Assembly: GCA_000989515.1 (NCBI GenBank)
Contig: LBOM01000001.1
Span: 1 to 59,259 of the forward strand
Direction: 5' to 3'
DNA: 59,259 nt
Origin: Candidatus Nomurabacteria bacterium GW2011_GWE1_32_28
GTDB lineage: Bacteria > Patescibacteriota > Minisyncoccia > Phycocordibacterales > UBA9973
A program made the translations under genes and the position numbers. Of the stretch, positions 7,753 through 17,509 are shown one piece after another. Positions within the stretch are counted from its first letter, which is position 1. Every line of letters starts with the position of its first letter. Under the pieces are notes generated by a model. That model saw only the letters and a program-made list of their open reading frames with translations, was not told where the DNA came from and did not search any database.

Positions 7753-8433
7753 GTGATTTATTTTAATAATGTTTCAAAAGTTTATAATAAAGATTCCGTA
7801 GTTTTGAATGATGTAACTTTGACTATTACATCAGGAGAGTTTGTTTCTATTGTGGGACATTCTGGTGCTGGTAAAACGACTCTTGTTAAAATGATTTTAG
7901 CTGATGATGTTCCAGATGAAGGAACAGTATTTTTTGAATCTATCAATATTTTTAAGTTGAAAGATAATGAACTAACTAAATTAAGAAGAAGGATAGGCGT
8001 CGTTTTTCAAGATTTTAAATTACTCTCTAATAAAACTGCATATGAAAATATTGCTTTTGCTATGGAAGCCGTAGGTAAGACTAATCAAGAGATTGAAAGT
8101 GACGTTCCGCATGTTTTAGAGCTCGTTGACTTAGGAGATAAAATGTTTCGTTTTCCTAGTCAAATGTCTGGTGGTGAGCAACAACGTCTTGCTATTGCAC
8201 GTGCAATAATAAATCAACCCGAACTTATAATTGCAGATGAACCGACTGGAAATCTGGATGCTATCAATACTTATGAAATAGTGCAGATTTTAAAAAAGAT
8301 AAACGACTTAGGTACTACTGTTATTTTAACAACACACAATCGTGGAGTGGTTGATTCTATCAATAAGAGAGTTATTACAATGGAAAAAGGTAAGATTATC
8401 AGAGATGACAATAACGGTAAATATAAAATATAA
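7753..8433 (+). CDS. ftsE: cell-division ABC ATPase FtsE
   Basis: MIYFNNVSKVY start, Walker A GHSGAGKTT, signature MSGGEQQR, Walker B IIADEPTGNLD. Followed by ftsX. Confidence 0.9.
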   Translation: MIYFNNVSKVYNKDSVVLNDVTLTITSGEFVSIVGHSGAGKTTLVKMILADDVPDEGTVFFESINIFKLKDNELTKLRRRIGVVFQDFKLLSNKTAYENIAFAMEAVGKTNQEIESDVPHVLELVDLGDKMFRFPSQMSGGEQQRLAIARAIINQPELIIADEPTGNLDAINTYEIVQILKKINDLGTTVILTTHNRGVVDSINKRVITMEKGKIIRDDNNGKYKI

Positions 8434-8463
8434 TTAAATAAGGTATAATATAGTTATAAATAT

Positions 8464-9387
8464 ATGTTGATGATTGAATTAAAAAGAATTATTAAAAATG
8501 GGTTTGTAAATTTTACTAGAAGTGGGGTCATTTCTTGGGCTGCTGTTCTTGTTGTTACTATTACTCTTTCTGTAATTACTGCAATTATATTATTACAAGC
8601 TGTACTTCATTTTTCCTTAGATCAAATCAAAGATAAAGTAGACGTAACAATTTATTTTAATGTTAATGCTGATGAAAATAAGATTCTTTCTTTTAAAGAA
8701 TCTTTAGAAAAGTTACCAGAAGTAGAAAGAGTGTCTTATATTAGTGATTCAGAAGCATTGAAGTTGTTTCGTGAACGTCACAGCAATGACTATCCAACCA
8801 TAGCTGCCTTGGATGAGATAAGTACTAATCCATTAGGTGGATATTTAAATGTTAAAGCTAAAGAAGTTTCTCAATATGAGAGCATTTCTAATTTCCTTAA
8901 GAGTGATAATGCACTTGTTTTAGGTTCTGTTTCAATAATAGATAAAGTAAATTATCACCAAAATAAAATAGTAATAGATAGATTAAATAATATAATATCA
9001 GGAGCACAAAAATTAGGTTTTTTAATAACATTAATTTTAATAATAATTTCTATAATTATTACTTTCAATACTATTCGTTTAGCTATATTTATTTCTAAGG
9101 AAGAGATAGGTGTTATGCGTCTAGTCGGAGCGAGTAAAATGCGTGTTCGTGGACCTTTTATGATAGAAGGCGCTATATATGGTGTTCTTTCTACTATAAT
9201 AACATTAGTTCTTTTTTTACCTTTAACTATTTATTTTGGTAAAAATATGACAAGTTTTTTAGGAATCAATATGTATGATTATTATATTTCTAATTTATTT
9301 CAAATTTTAGTAATTATTTTATTATCAGGTGTATTTTTGGGTGTGATTTCTAGTTTCTTTGCAATTAGAAAATATTTAAATAAGTAA
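8464..9387 (+). CDS. ftsX: cell-division permease-like protein FtsX
   Basis: N-terminal TM, periplasmic domain, three C-terminal TMs with MRLVGAS motif. Adjacent to ftsE. Confidence 0.85.
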   Translation: MLMIELKRIIKNGFVNFTRSGVISWAAVLVVTITLSVITAIILLQAVLHFSLDQIKDKVDVTIYFNVNADENKILSFKESLEKLPEVERVSYISDSEALKLFRERHSNDYPTIAALDEISTNPLGGYLNVKAKEVSQYESISNFLKSDNALVLGSVSIIDKVNYHQNKIVIDRLNNIISGAQKLGFLITLILIIISIIITFNTIRLAIFISKEEIGVMRLVGASKMRVRGPFMIEGAIYGVLSTIITLVLFLPLTIYFGKNMTSFLGINMYDYYISNLFQILVIILLSGVFLGVISSFFAIRKYLNK

Positions 9388-9391
9388 AAAC

Positions 9392-9488
9392 AAATTACAG
9401 AAATTAAAAAATTTTAAAAGTCGTGTTGGTTTTCTATCCTTACGGCTCCCTGTGTGAAGGCTTTAAAATTTTTTGAATTTTGTAATTT
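9392..9488. repeat. AT-armed palindromic element with GC-rich core (family copy 1)
   Basis: Arms aaattacagaaattaaaaaattttaaaag / ctttaaaattttttgaattttgtaattt flank the core tcgtgttggttttctatccttacggctccctgtgtgaagg. Homologous to the reverse complement of 24294..24385. Confidence 0.8.
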
Positions 9489-9504
9489 ATTTTATAAATA
9501 AGAT

Positions 9505-11157
9505 ATGTTAAAAAATAAAACAAAATATATATTTGTAGTAGGTGGAGTTATTTCTGGAGTAGGAAAGGGTATCACTTCTTCATCGCTTGGGCTTATTTTA
9601 AAAAATCGTGGATTAAAAGTTACTTCTATAAAAATTGATCCATATATAAATGTTGATGCTGGAACTATGAATCCGACAGAACACGGAGAGGTCTTTGTAT
9701 TAAAAGATGGTGATGAAACAGATCAAGACATGGGTAATTATGAAAGATTTCTTGATATAAATTTAACACGAATAAATTATATGACTACTGGTCGTGTCTA
9801 TAAGACAGTTATAGAAAAAGAACGTAATTTAGAATATAAAGGTAAATGTGTGGAAGTCGTTCCACATATACCACTTGAAGTTATTGGACGTATTAAGGAA
9901 GCAGGAGAAAAAGTAAATGCTGATATTGTTATTATTGAAATTGGAGGAACTATTGGTGAATATCAAAATATGTTATTTTTGGAAGCTGCTAGAATGATGA
10001 AATTATCTTCTCCAAAGGATGTTCTTTTTGTTATGGTTTCTTTTTTACCAACACCACAAAAAGTTGGTGAAATGAAAACTAAGCCTACTCAGCATGCTGT
10101 TAGGACACTAAATGGCTCAGGTATCCAACCAGATATTTTAATAGCACGAGCTGATCTTCCTCTTGATAAAAAGAGAAAAGAGAAGTTGTCACTTTTTTGT
10201 AATATATCAGCCGACAGAGTTATATCGGCTCCCGATGTTGATAGTATTTATGATATTCCACTTAATTTTGAAAAAGAAAAACTCTCAGATAAGCTTTGTG
10301 AGATTTTAGATCTTTCTACTAAAAAAATAGATACAAAGGCTTGGGGAAAATGGAAGAATTTTGCGAAGCGTTCTCATAATGGTAAAGAAACAGTAAAAAT
10401 AGCAATGATAGGAAAATATTTTGAAACAGGGGATTTTATTTTATCTGATTCTTATTTATCTGTCATTGAAGCTATAAAATATTCTAGTTATATGCAAGAC
10501 AGGAAACCAATCATGACATGGCTTAATTCTTCTGATTTTGAAAAAAATCCTACAAAATTAAAAGAATTAAAAAAATATGATGGTGTAATTATTCCTGGTG
10601 GTTTTGGTTCGCGTGGAGTAGAAGGGAATTTAAATGTTGTAAAATTTGTTCGTGAAAATAAGATTCCTTATTTTGGTCTTTGTTATGGTATGCAGATGAT
10701 AGTAATAGAATATGCACGAAATGTTTTGGGACTAAAAGATGCTAATACAAAAGAAATCAATTCAAATGCGAAATCTATGGTTATAGATATTATGGAATCT
10801 CAAAAAGAAATTTTGAAAAATAATTCTTATGGTGGATCAATGCGTTTAGGAGAATATAAGGCAATATTGCGTGATGGTACTATTGCAAAAGAAGCCTATA
10901 AAACAAAAGAAATATTGGAAAGACATCGTCATCGATATGAAGTAAATCCTGCTTTTGTTGGTGATCTTGAAGCAAAAGGTCTTGTCTTCTCTGGCAGATC
11001 TCCTGATGGCCATTTAATGGAGATAGCTGAACTTCCAAAGAGTAAACACCCATTTTTCTTGGGTACACAATATCATCCGGAATTTTTAGCTCATCCTTTG
11101 ACACCACACCCTCTTTTTTCAGCTTTTATAAAAGCTTGTATTAATAATAAAAAATAA
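9505..11157 (+). CDS. pyrG: CTP synthase
   Basis: YIFVVGGVISGVGKGI, GTMNPTEHGEVFV, and glutaminase domain GLCYGMQ...HRHRYEVN. Confidence 0.95.
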   Translation: MLKNKTKYIFVVGGVISGVGKGITSSSLGLILKNRGLKVTSIKIDPYINVDAGTMNPTEHGEVFVLKDGDETDQDMGNYERFLDINLTRINYMTTGRVYKTVIEKERNLEYKGKCVEVVPHIPLEVIGRIKEAGEKVNADIVIIEIGGTIGEYQNMLFLEAARMMKLSSPKDVLFVMVSFLPTPQKVGEMKTKPTQHAVRTLNGSGIQPDILIARADLPLDKKRKEKLSLFCNISADRVISAPDVDSIYDIPLNFEKEKLSDKLCEILDLSTKKIDTKAWGKWKNFAKRSHNGKETVKIAMIGKYFETGDFILSDSYLSVIEAIKYSSYMQDRKPIMTWLNSSDFEKNPTKLKELKKYDGVIIPGGFGSRGVEGNLNVVKFVRENKIPYFGLCYGMQMIVIEYARNVLGLKDANTKEINSNAKSMVIDIMESQKEILKNNSYGGSMRLGEYKAILRDGTIAKEAYKTKEILERHRHRYEVNPAFVGDLEAKGLVFSGRSPDGHLMEIAELPKSKHPFFLGTQYHPEFLAHPLTPHPLFSAFIKACINNKK

Positions 11158-11176
11158 AAAATACAAAACAATATTT

Positions 11177-12889
11177 TTAATTTTGATTTTGTATAATTTG
11201 AATTATTTCAGTTGGAATTTGTATCCCTCTTTTATAAAGTTCGTTTGCATAAATGCTCATTTCTTTATATTTTTTTTGTTCATAGTTGTATATCATTAGA
11301 GCATTAAAAGCATCTATATAATCGGGGTTAATTGTTAAAGTTTTTTCCCAACTAGTTTTTGCTTCATCATATTTTTTTTCTTGCCAATAAAGTAATCCTA
11401 AATTAAAATATGCATTATCATAATTAGGATTTATTTCTAATTCTTTTTTATATTCTTTTTCAGCTTCTATCAGATTGTTTTTACTAGCATATATAAGGCC
11501 TAAATTATTATGAACCATTACTTCTTTAGGGTTTAGTTCTAATGCAATTTTATATTCTTTTTCTGCATTTTCCATATTACCATCTAGGTATTCCATAGCC
11601 CCTAGATTTTTATGATTAAAAGCAAAACTTGGAGAAGTTTCTGTGGCATTTTTCCAGAAGTTTAATCTGTTTTTGTAATATTTGTTACGATATATTGTTA
11701 TAAAAGAAAAAATTATTATTAGTAATAAACTGGTAAATATTACAATTTTTTTAGAATTTATTTTTTCTTTTATAAAATATGAGAGTTTAATTTTACCTAA
11801 TCCCAATATTATAAAAATGAATCCAAACATTGGTATATAAATTCTATTTTCTGAAAATTCTGGTACTGTGTCTATCGGTTTTATTAGTGTTAAAAAGATA
11901 AAAATAAAAAACCAGATAGAACCAAAGAAAATAAACTTTAGATTTCTTTTTTCACTTAAAAAAAACCAAATCGTTAAGAAAATTAAAGAAATTATTCCAT
12001 AAATTATTAACATATCATCCATAATAGGGAAGACGGATAAATCAAAAGGTAGAAATATTTTACCAATTGCAGGAATTAATGAAGGTAGGTTTTTATAGAT
12101 AGAAGTAAATAAATTATAATTAGCATTGCCAATAAAATTGTGTAAAACCGACATACGGACCAAGAACCAAAAAGCTACAATAAATATCCATATAGATCCA
12201 ATTTTTATATAAGTTTTATAATCTATTATTATTTTTTTCCATCCCATAAAAATTAGAAGATAAAAAATAGAAATAACTGGTAAAACTATAGCTGTTTCTT
12301 TTGTAAAAAGAGCTATAGTAAACAAAATATAATGCCATATTATGTATTTATTATTTTTTGTTTCTAAAAAATTTATAAATAAAATTAGTGATAAAAAAAT
12401 TGGTATAGCAAGCAATGAATCATTTCTACCTGAGATGAAGGCTACTGTTTGAGCTGTTAGTGGATGAATACTAAAAAATAATGAAAACAAAAATGCTATT
12501 TCTTTTTTTATGTTTAATTTAAGTAGAAAAAGAAAAAGTAGTGAAATCGCTAAAAAATGTAGTAAAATATTACTAAAATGAGACATAAAAATAACAGAAT
12601 TTTCTCCAAATTGAGCATCCAACATAAATGTCAGTCGTTCTACTGGACGATAAAAAGTTCCTCCATTTTGTGGCGTTCTAAAGATGTCCTCATTGAATGC
12701 TTGAGGTATATTTGATAAGTTTTTATTAAATTGATATTGTCCTGTTACTAAAACATTATCATCTAAATAAACAATATTAAAGAGGAGAGTAGCTCCATAA
12801 ACAAAAAATATTGCTAAAGCAATCCAAGAAAATGGATGCCATGATTCTAGAAATATTTTATAAAATTTGTTTTCATTATTATTAGTCAT
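11177..12889 (-). CDS. polytopic membrane glycosyltransferase-like protein (PMT/ArnT-type) with C-terminal TPR repeats
   Basis: About 11 TM helices followed by TPR units (AEKEYKIALELNP, AEKEYKKELEINPNYDNAYFNLGLLY). Confidence 0.65.
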   Translation of the reverse strand: MTNNNENKFYKIFLESWHPFSWIALAIFFVYGATLLFNIVYLDDNVLVTGQYQFNKNLSNIPQAFNEDIFRTPQNGGTFYRPVERLTFMLDAQFGENSVIFMSHFSNILLHFLAISLLFLFLLKLNIKKEIAFLFSLFFSIHPLTAQTVAFISGRNDSLLAIPIFLSLILFINFLETKNNKYIIWHYILFTIALFTKETAIVLPVISIFYLLIFMGWKKIIIDYKTYIKIGSIWIFIVAFWFLVRMSVLHNFIGNANYNLFTSIYKNLPSLIPAIGKIFLPFDLSVFPIMDDMLIIYGIISLIFLTIWFFLSEKRNLKFIFFGSIWFFIFIFLTLIKPIDTVPEFSENRIYIPMFGFIFIILGLGKIKLSYFIKEKINSKKIVIFTSLLLIIIFSFITIYRNKYYKNRLNFWKNATETSPSFAFNHKNLGAMEYLDGNMENAEKEYKIALELNPKEVMVHNNLGLIYASKNNLIEAEKEYKKELEINPNYDNAYFNLGLLYWQEKKYDEAKTSWEKTLTINPDYIDAFNALMIYNYEQKKYKEMSIYANELYKRGIQIPTEIIQIIQNQN

Positions 12890-13796
12890 TTTTTTGTGCG
12901 ACGATGGTTATTACTTCTCCATTTTTACTAAAATATAAACAAAAATTAATTAGGAAACATGGTAAAAATAAAATAGTGAAAAGAAATGTGTGCCATATGA
13001 TTTTTAAATTAAAGATTCTATTTTGGTCTTGTAACCATTCAAAAAAGTAAGAATCTGAGTTAGTTATTAGGTTTACTACACTTTGAGTAGATGTAAAAGT
13101 GGAATATTCTAAAGAAAATGTCCTGATTTTTTTTGTTTCCAAATTATACTTTTTAAGTAATTTAACCAAAGATGATGGTGTAAAAAAAGCTAAATGATGT
13201 TTCAAGTCTAATGATAGCCAATGTTTCCCTGTGAGAATTCTTGCCCAAGAGTTAAAATTGGGAACTTCAATAAATAGTATACCTTTTGTATTAAGTAATT
13301 CATAAATTTTTTCTACATATAATTCTACATTTTCTACATGCTCTAATACATGTAGTATGGATATGACATCAAATTTATTGTCAAAAGATAATTGTAGTAA
13401 GTCTTTATTATATATTTCTAAATTTAATTTATCTTTTGAGAATTTATATGCGTTTTCTGAGATTTGAGTGCCTACTGTTGTATCGTATTTAAAATATTTT
13501 TTTAAGAAAAAAAGTATCCAGCCTCTTCCGCTACCAATATCTAAAATGCTTTTAAATTTTGGATTTAGATTATGTATTTTATATGCACGCATAAAACGAA
13601 ATATTTTGACTACAGATTCTACTATATTGCCAAATCTACTTGCAGCTTCTTTTTTGTAATAATTACTATATATTTCTTTTGGATTTTCTTTTTCTTTGTC
13701 TTTATGACTAAAAATCAGATCACACAATAAACATTTATAAAGTTTATAGCCTTTTGTTTCTAAGATTGTTTTGTAATTTTTATTTTGGCAGATCAT
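12882..13796 (-). CDS. class I SAM-dependent methyltransferase with N-terminal zinc-ribbon
   Basis: CQNK...CLLC ribbon and SAM motif ILDIGSGRGW. Overlaps the downstream gene by 8 nt. Confidence 0.75.
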   Translation of the reverse strand: MICQNKNYKTILETKGYKLYKCLLCDLIFSHKDKEKENPKEIYSNYYKKEAASRFGNIVESVVKIFRFMRAYKIHNLNPKFKSILDIGSGRGWILFFLKKYFKYDTTVGTQISENAYKFSKDKLNLEIYNKDLLQLSFDNKFDVISILHVLEHVENVELYVEKIYELLNTKGILFIEVPNFNSWARILTGKHWLSLDLKHHLAFFTPSSLVKLLKKYNLETKKIRTFSLEYSTFTSTQSVVNLITNSDSYFFEWLQDQNRIFNLKIIWHTFLFTILFLPCFLINFCLYFSKNGEVITIVAQKND

Positions 13797-13808
13797 TTTA
13801 ATACACGA

Positions 13809-14546
13809 TTAATTTTTCTTTAGAATTTTTCTTATACAATCTTTAAAAAAGAATTTAAATGCAGTATATAGAGTGAGTATCCCATATTCTAAACTCCTTC
13901 TAAAATTGATAGAAGAAGTTTCAGCGGTATATTTTGCAGGTATTGGTATGTCACCTATACTATATTTTTTCTCTACTATTTGAAATAAGACTTCTGTATC
14001 GAAGACAAAATCATTGGAATTGCTCATGAAATCAATATTTTCTAATACTTCTCTTTTATAAGCACGTAATCCAGTATGCCATTCAGATAAGTTATAACCA
14101 CTTAATATATTTTCACAAAAAGTGAGAAAACGATTGGCAAAATATTTATAAATAGGCATACCGCCATCAAGAGTTTCTTTTCTGGATCTTATACGAGATC
14201 CTAGCATTACATCACAGTATCCTTCATCTATAAATCCTACTAAATATTTTATTACTTTTGGATCATATTGATAATCAGGATGAATCATCACGATTATATC
14301 TGCACCTCTTTCTAGTGCAATCGTATAACATGTTTTTTGATTTGCTCCATAACCTCTATTTTCGTTATGAGCATATACAGTCAAATTAAGCTTACGAGCT
14401 ATGGCGACTGTTTCATCTTTGCTACCATCATCTACTAAAATGATTTCACTAACTATGTCTCTTGATATATCTGAAATAGTTTTTTCTAGGGTTTTTTCAG
14501 CATTAAGAGCAGGAAGAACTACTATTACTTTTGGTTTTTTATACAT
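13809..14546 (-). CDS. family 2 glycosyltransferase (polyprenol-phosphate sugar synthase type)
   Basis: VVLPALNAEKTL, ILVDDGSKDET, HPDYQYDP. Confidence 0.85.
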   Translation of the reverse strand: MYKKPKVIVVLPALNAEKTLEKTISDISRDIVSEIILVDDGSKDETVAIARKLNLTVYAHNENRGYGANQKTCYTIALERGADIIVMIHPDYQYDPKVIKYLVGFIDEGYCDVMLGSRIRSRKETLDGGMPIYKYFANRFLTFCENILSGYNLSEWHTGLRAYKREVLENIDFMSNSNDFVFDTEVLFQIVEKKYSIGDIPIPAKYTAETSSINFRRSLEYGILTLYTAFKFFFKDCIRKILKKN

Positions 14547-14556
14547 ATGGTTAAAT

Positions 14557-14937
14557 TTATTTGAATACGACTTTATTAAAAAATATATAATTTATAAATG
14601 CACAAATTGCAGAAGATAGGGCTTGTGCTAAAAGATACCAAAGACCTATTGTGTCAACGAAGGTATACATTAGTGTGGTATTTATACCAAGCATAAATAT
14701 GTTAAAAATTAAAAATTTTAAGAATTGTTTATGTATATTTTCTTTTGAATAATCATTAAACACAAAAAATTTTTGAAGTGTATAGCTTATTATTACCGCG
14801 AAACTGAAAGAAATAATTACTCCAAACAAATACCACAAGTGAAAATATTGGACACAAATAAAAAGAATAATTAAATTTGAAATTGTGGCAAATCCTCCAG
14901 CAAAAATATATTTAATTATTTTAGTGTATTTGGACAT
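14557..14937 (-). CDS. GtrA-family membrane protein
   Basis: 126 aa with four TMs and an IKYIFAGGFATISNLIILF-type N-terminus. Adjacent to the GT2 gene. Confidence 0.7.
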   Translation of the reverse strand: MSKYTKIIKYIFAGGFATISNLIILFICVQYFHLWYLFGVIISFSFAVIISYTLQKFFVFNDYSKENIHKQFLKFLIFNIFMLGINTTLMYTFVDTIGLWYLLAQALSSAICAFINYIFFNKVVFK

Positions 14938-14939
14938 AT

Positions 14940-16031
14940 TTATTTTTTTATTTCGTTTGTAAGTATTGGTGCTATATCTACTGGTATGAGATTAAATCGT
15001 ATACGTCCTATTATTTGCCCAGATAGAGTTTTTACATTTACTCTCCATTTTCCATATTCTAAATTTGAACTTTTGGAATATGTACGAAAACCACCATCTC
15101 TTCCACCAATAACAGGTAGGCTTACTATAGTTTTTATTATCCATTTATTTTGTATTTCATTGTAGTATTGCCATTCATGGCTTACTGTGAGGTTGAGATT
15201 TTTGGGAGAAAAAATAGCACTATACACGTATACAGGAGACTCAGGTTCTTTTTTGAAATCCTGATATAGTTTAAAATAATTTTTCCAGTTACTATCTTCA
15301 TATGTAACTTCATAGTTATTATCTTTGTTTTTTTGTATAGAATAATAAACTCCAGTATCTTTAAGAGAAAGTGGGATAGGGGGAATTAAATTTGTAAAAT
15401 AAAGAAAATTGATAAAGATGGTGATGCTTGTAACTAAAAATATAATAATTTTTTTGCTTTCTTTAAACTTATTTTTTTTAAAGTGAAATATTGTTAAAAT
15501 AAAAAGCGTTATAGTAATAATACTTGAGAGCCCGGATAGTAAAAATATTTGTGGTCCTATCTTATGTGTAAGTATCGGTATTAAATATATTGCGAATGAA
15601 TATATAGAAAGGAATAATAAACTTATTTGAAAACTAAATCTTATGTAGTGACGTTTGAGAGATTCATTTGCAATAAAAGCAACAAGAAGAAGTAGAAGAA
15701 AAGGCCACATAGTAAATATATCCGTACTTCTAAAATAAAAAACTATATAAGCAGACAAAAGACCACCAAAGAAAAATTGTATTATGTTTACATACCAGAA
15801 ATGTTTTTTTTGAGGATTTGCTTCGTCACCAATTTCACCTTCTTTTATATGAATAAGTGCCATAAAAAAACCTACTATTATTATATGACCTAGTATCCAA
15901 AAATTTTCCCATAATGTATCTAGTCTTTTTAATGTAAGAGCATCAAAAATAAATCCGGAGATAAGAGATAAAGAAGAAATAGGTCGTTCAAAGCGACCGT
16001 ACCAATTTCTAGTTTTTTCTATAAGAAACAT
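14940..16031 (-). CDS. polytopic membrane protein with C-terminal soluble beta-rich domain (DUF2914-like?)
   Basis: About 7 TMs then a roughly 130-aa soluble tail. The family guess is from memory only. Confidence 0.5.
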   Translation of the reverse strand: MFLIEKTRNWYGRFERPISSLSLISGFIFDALTLKRLDTLWENFWILGHIIIVGFFMALIHIKEGEIGDEANPQKKHFWYVNIIQFFFGGLLSAYIVFYFRSTDIFTMWPFLLLLLVAFIANESLKRHYIRFSFQISLLFLSIYSFAIYLIPILTHKIGPQIFLLSGLSSIITITLFILTIFHFKKNKFKESKKIIIFLVTSITIFINFLYFTNLIPPIPLSLKDTGVYYSIQKNKDNNYEVTYEDSNWKNYFKLYQDFKKEPESPVYVYSAIFSPKNLNLTVSHEWQYYNEIQNKWIIKTIVSLPVIGGRDGGFRTYSKSSNLEYGKWRVNVKTLSGQIIGRIRFNLIPVDIAPILTNEIKK

Positions 16032-16065
16032 TTAATAATTATAACACTGTTAAAGTTTTTCTAGA

Positions 16066-16605
16066 TTAACCTTGTTTTTTAAGCCAAGTAATCATTTTGG
16101 TAAAAGTACTAGATCCAGCTTGTCCATCTGCTGTAAGTCCTTGATCTTTTTGAAAACTTGCTACTGCTTTCTGTGTGCTTACACCATAAGAATTGTCAAT
16201 TTTATTTGATGTTTTATTGTAAACATTTAAGAAATTTTGTACTGTTCCTACTCTTGTTCCACTAGATTTTAATTTCATGTAAACATTATCAGTAATTAGC
16301 TTTTGTAATTCATTTATTAATTTTTGGTTTTTGTATGTAGTTGATTCAGTTGGTTCTGGTGTAGGTTCTTTTTGTTCTTCAACTGGTTTTTCTACTACTA
16401 TTTGAGATTGAAGGGTGATTAGCTCGTCTGAAAGATCTTCTACTTGTTTTTCAAGATCTTCTTTTTCTTGTTCAAGCTGTTCTATTTTTTGATTTGTTTT
16501 AAATTCACTACCTGATTGTATTGTGATGACAGACCAATAGCCGATAAGTCCAACTAATACTAAAACAACAATGAAAAACAATATAAATTTTAATTTATCT
16601 ATCAT
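16066..16605 (-). CDS. membrane-anchored coiled-coil protein with C-terminal peptidoglycan-binding (PG_binding_1-like) domain
   Basis: N-terminal TM, coiled coil, and C-terminal YGVSTQKAVASFQKDQGLTADGQAGSSTF. Confidence 0.7.
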   Translation of the reverse strand: MIDKLKFILFFIVVLVLVGLIGYWSVITIQSGSEFKTNQKIEQLEQEKEDLEKQVEDLSDELITLQSQIVVEKPVEEQKEPTPEPTESTTYKNQKLINELQKLITDNVYMKLKSSGTRVGTVQNFLNVYNKTSNKIDNSYGVSTQKAVASFQKDQGLTADGQAGSSTFTKMITWLKKQG

Positions 16606-16670
16606 AAATATATTGTACTAAAAATTCTTATTATTTCAAAGTTTATATAAAAAAGTATTGTTGAAAATGT

Positions 16671-17240
16671 TTATTTCTTTAAAATATAGTTTAATATAGG
16701 GTCTAATCCTTTTTTTGTTTTTGAAGAACAAGGGAAGACAAGATATTCTCCTGCAAATTTTTTGGTTTCAACTAATCTATGATGAAAATCTGATTGATTT
16801 ATTTTGTCTATTTTATTGAGTATGATGATAAAGTCTTTTTCATGTTTTTCTAATTCTTCAAATACTTCGATATCTTGTTCAGTCATACCCGTTTTTGCAT
16901 CTATTATTAATAGAATTTTTTTCTGATTAAAATTAGGGTTGAATATGTATTCTGTGATTAAGTTACCGATTTTTTCTTTTCCAATTCCTGAAACACGAGT
17001 AAATCCATATCCTGGTAGATCTACAAAATAAATAGATTTGTTAATTAGAAATATATTTATTTCTTGAGTACTACCCGGAAAAGCACTTTTTCGAGAGATG
17101 CTACTATGAGTCAATCCATTTATTAAACTTGATTTTCCAACATTGGAACGACCAAGAAAAGCAATTTGTGGAATACCATCAGTAAAAACTTTATCTTCTC
17201 CTATGACTCCTTTTATAAATTTAGCTGATATTATTTTCAT
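16671..17240 (-). CDS. engB: ribosome-biogenesis GTPase EngB/YsxC
   Basis: GRSNVGKSSLIN (G1), DLPGYGF (G3), NKIDK (G4). Confidence 0.9.
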   Translation of the reverse strand: MKIISAKFIKGVIGEDKVFTDGIPQIAFLGRSNVGKSSLINGLTHSSISRKSAFPGSTQEINIFLINKSIYFVDLPGYGFTRVSGIGKEKIGNLITEYIFNPNFNQKKILLIIDAKTGMTEQDIEVFEELEKHEKDFIIILNKIDKINQSDFHHRLVETKKFAGEYLVFPCSSKTKKGLDPILNYILKK

Positions 17241-17277
17241 AATTTTTTTATACTTTAACTAAGTATTTGTCTAAATG

Positions 17278-17348
17278 CTGCGGGACCTGGACTCGAACCA
17301 AGATAACCTCCTCCAGAGGGAGGTGTCCTACCATTAGACGATCCCGCA
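17278..17348 (-). tRNA. tRNA-Gln (anticodon CTG)
   Basis: Reverse-complement fold: acceptor tgcggga/tcccgca (U1-A72 as in bacterial tRNA-Gln), anticodon arm cctcc-ctCTGga-ggagg, T arm cttgg-ttcgagt-ccagg. Confidence 0.85.
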
Positions 17349-17509
17349 TTACAATAGAAGAATAGTATAAAAATGCTCTTTTATCAATGATTTCTACTAT
17401 TATATATAGAAAAATTTTGTGAAATTATTATTTGTATAATTTAAATTATTATGATATAATATTTTTATATAATAGTACATTAAAATAGTCAATAAAAAAG
17501 GAGGAAAAA

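Noticed and set aside
9392-9488. The long hairpin elements (also 43435..43530) as SRP (4.5S) RNA
   Set aside because: Size and hairpin shape fit, and gtgttggtt faintly recalls the 4.5S 5' region. However, the conserved domain IV motifs (GGUC.GGAAGGAAGCAGCC-type loops with a GNAR tetraloop) are absent.
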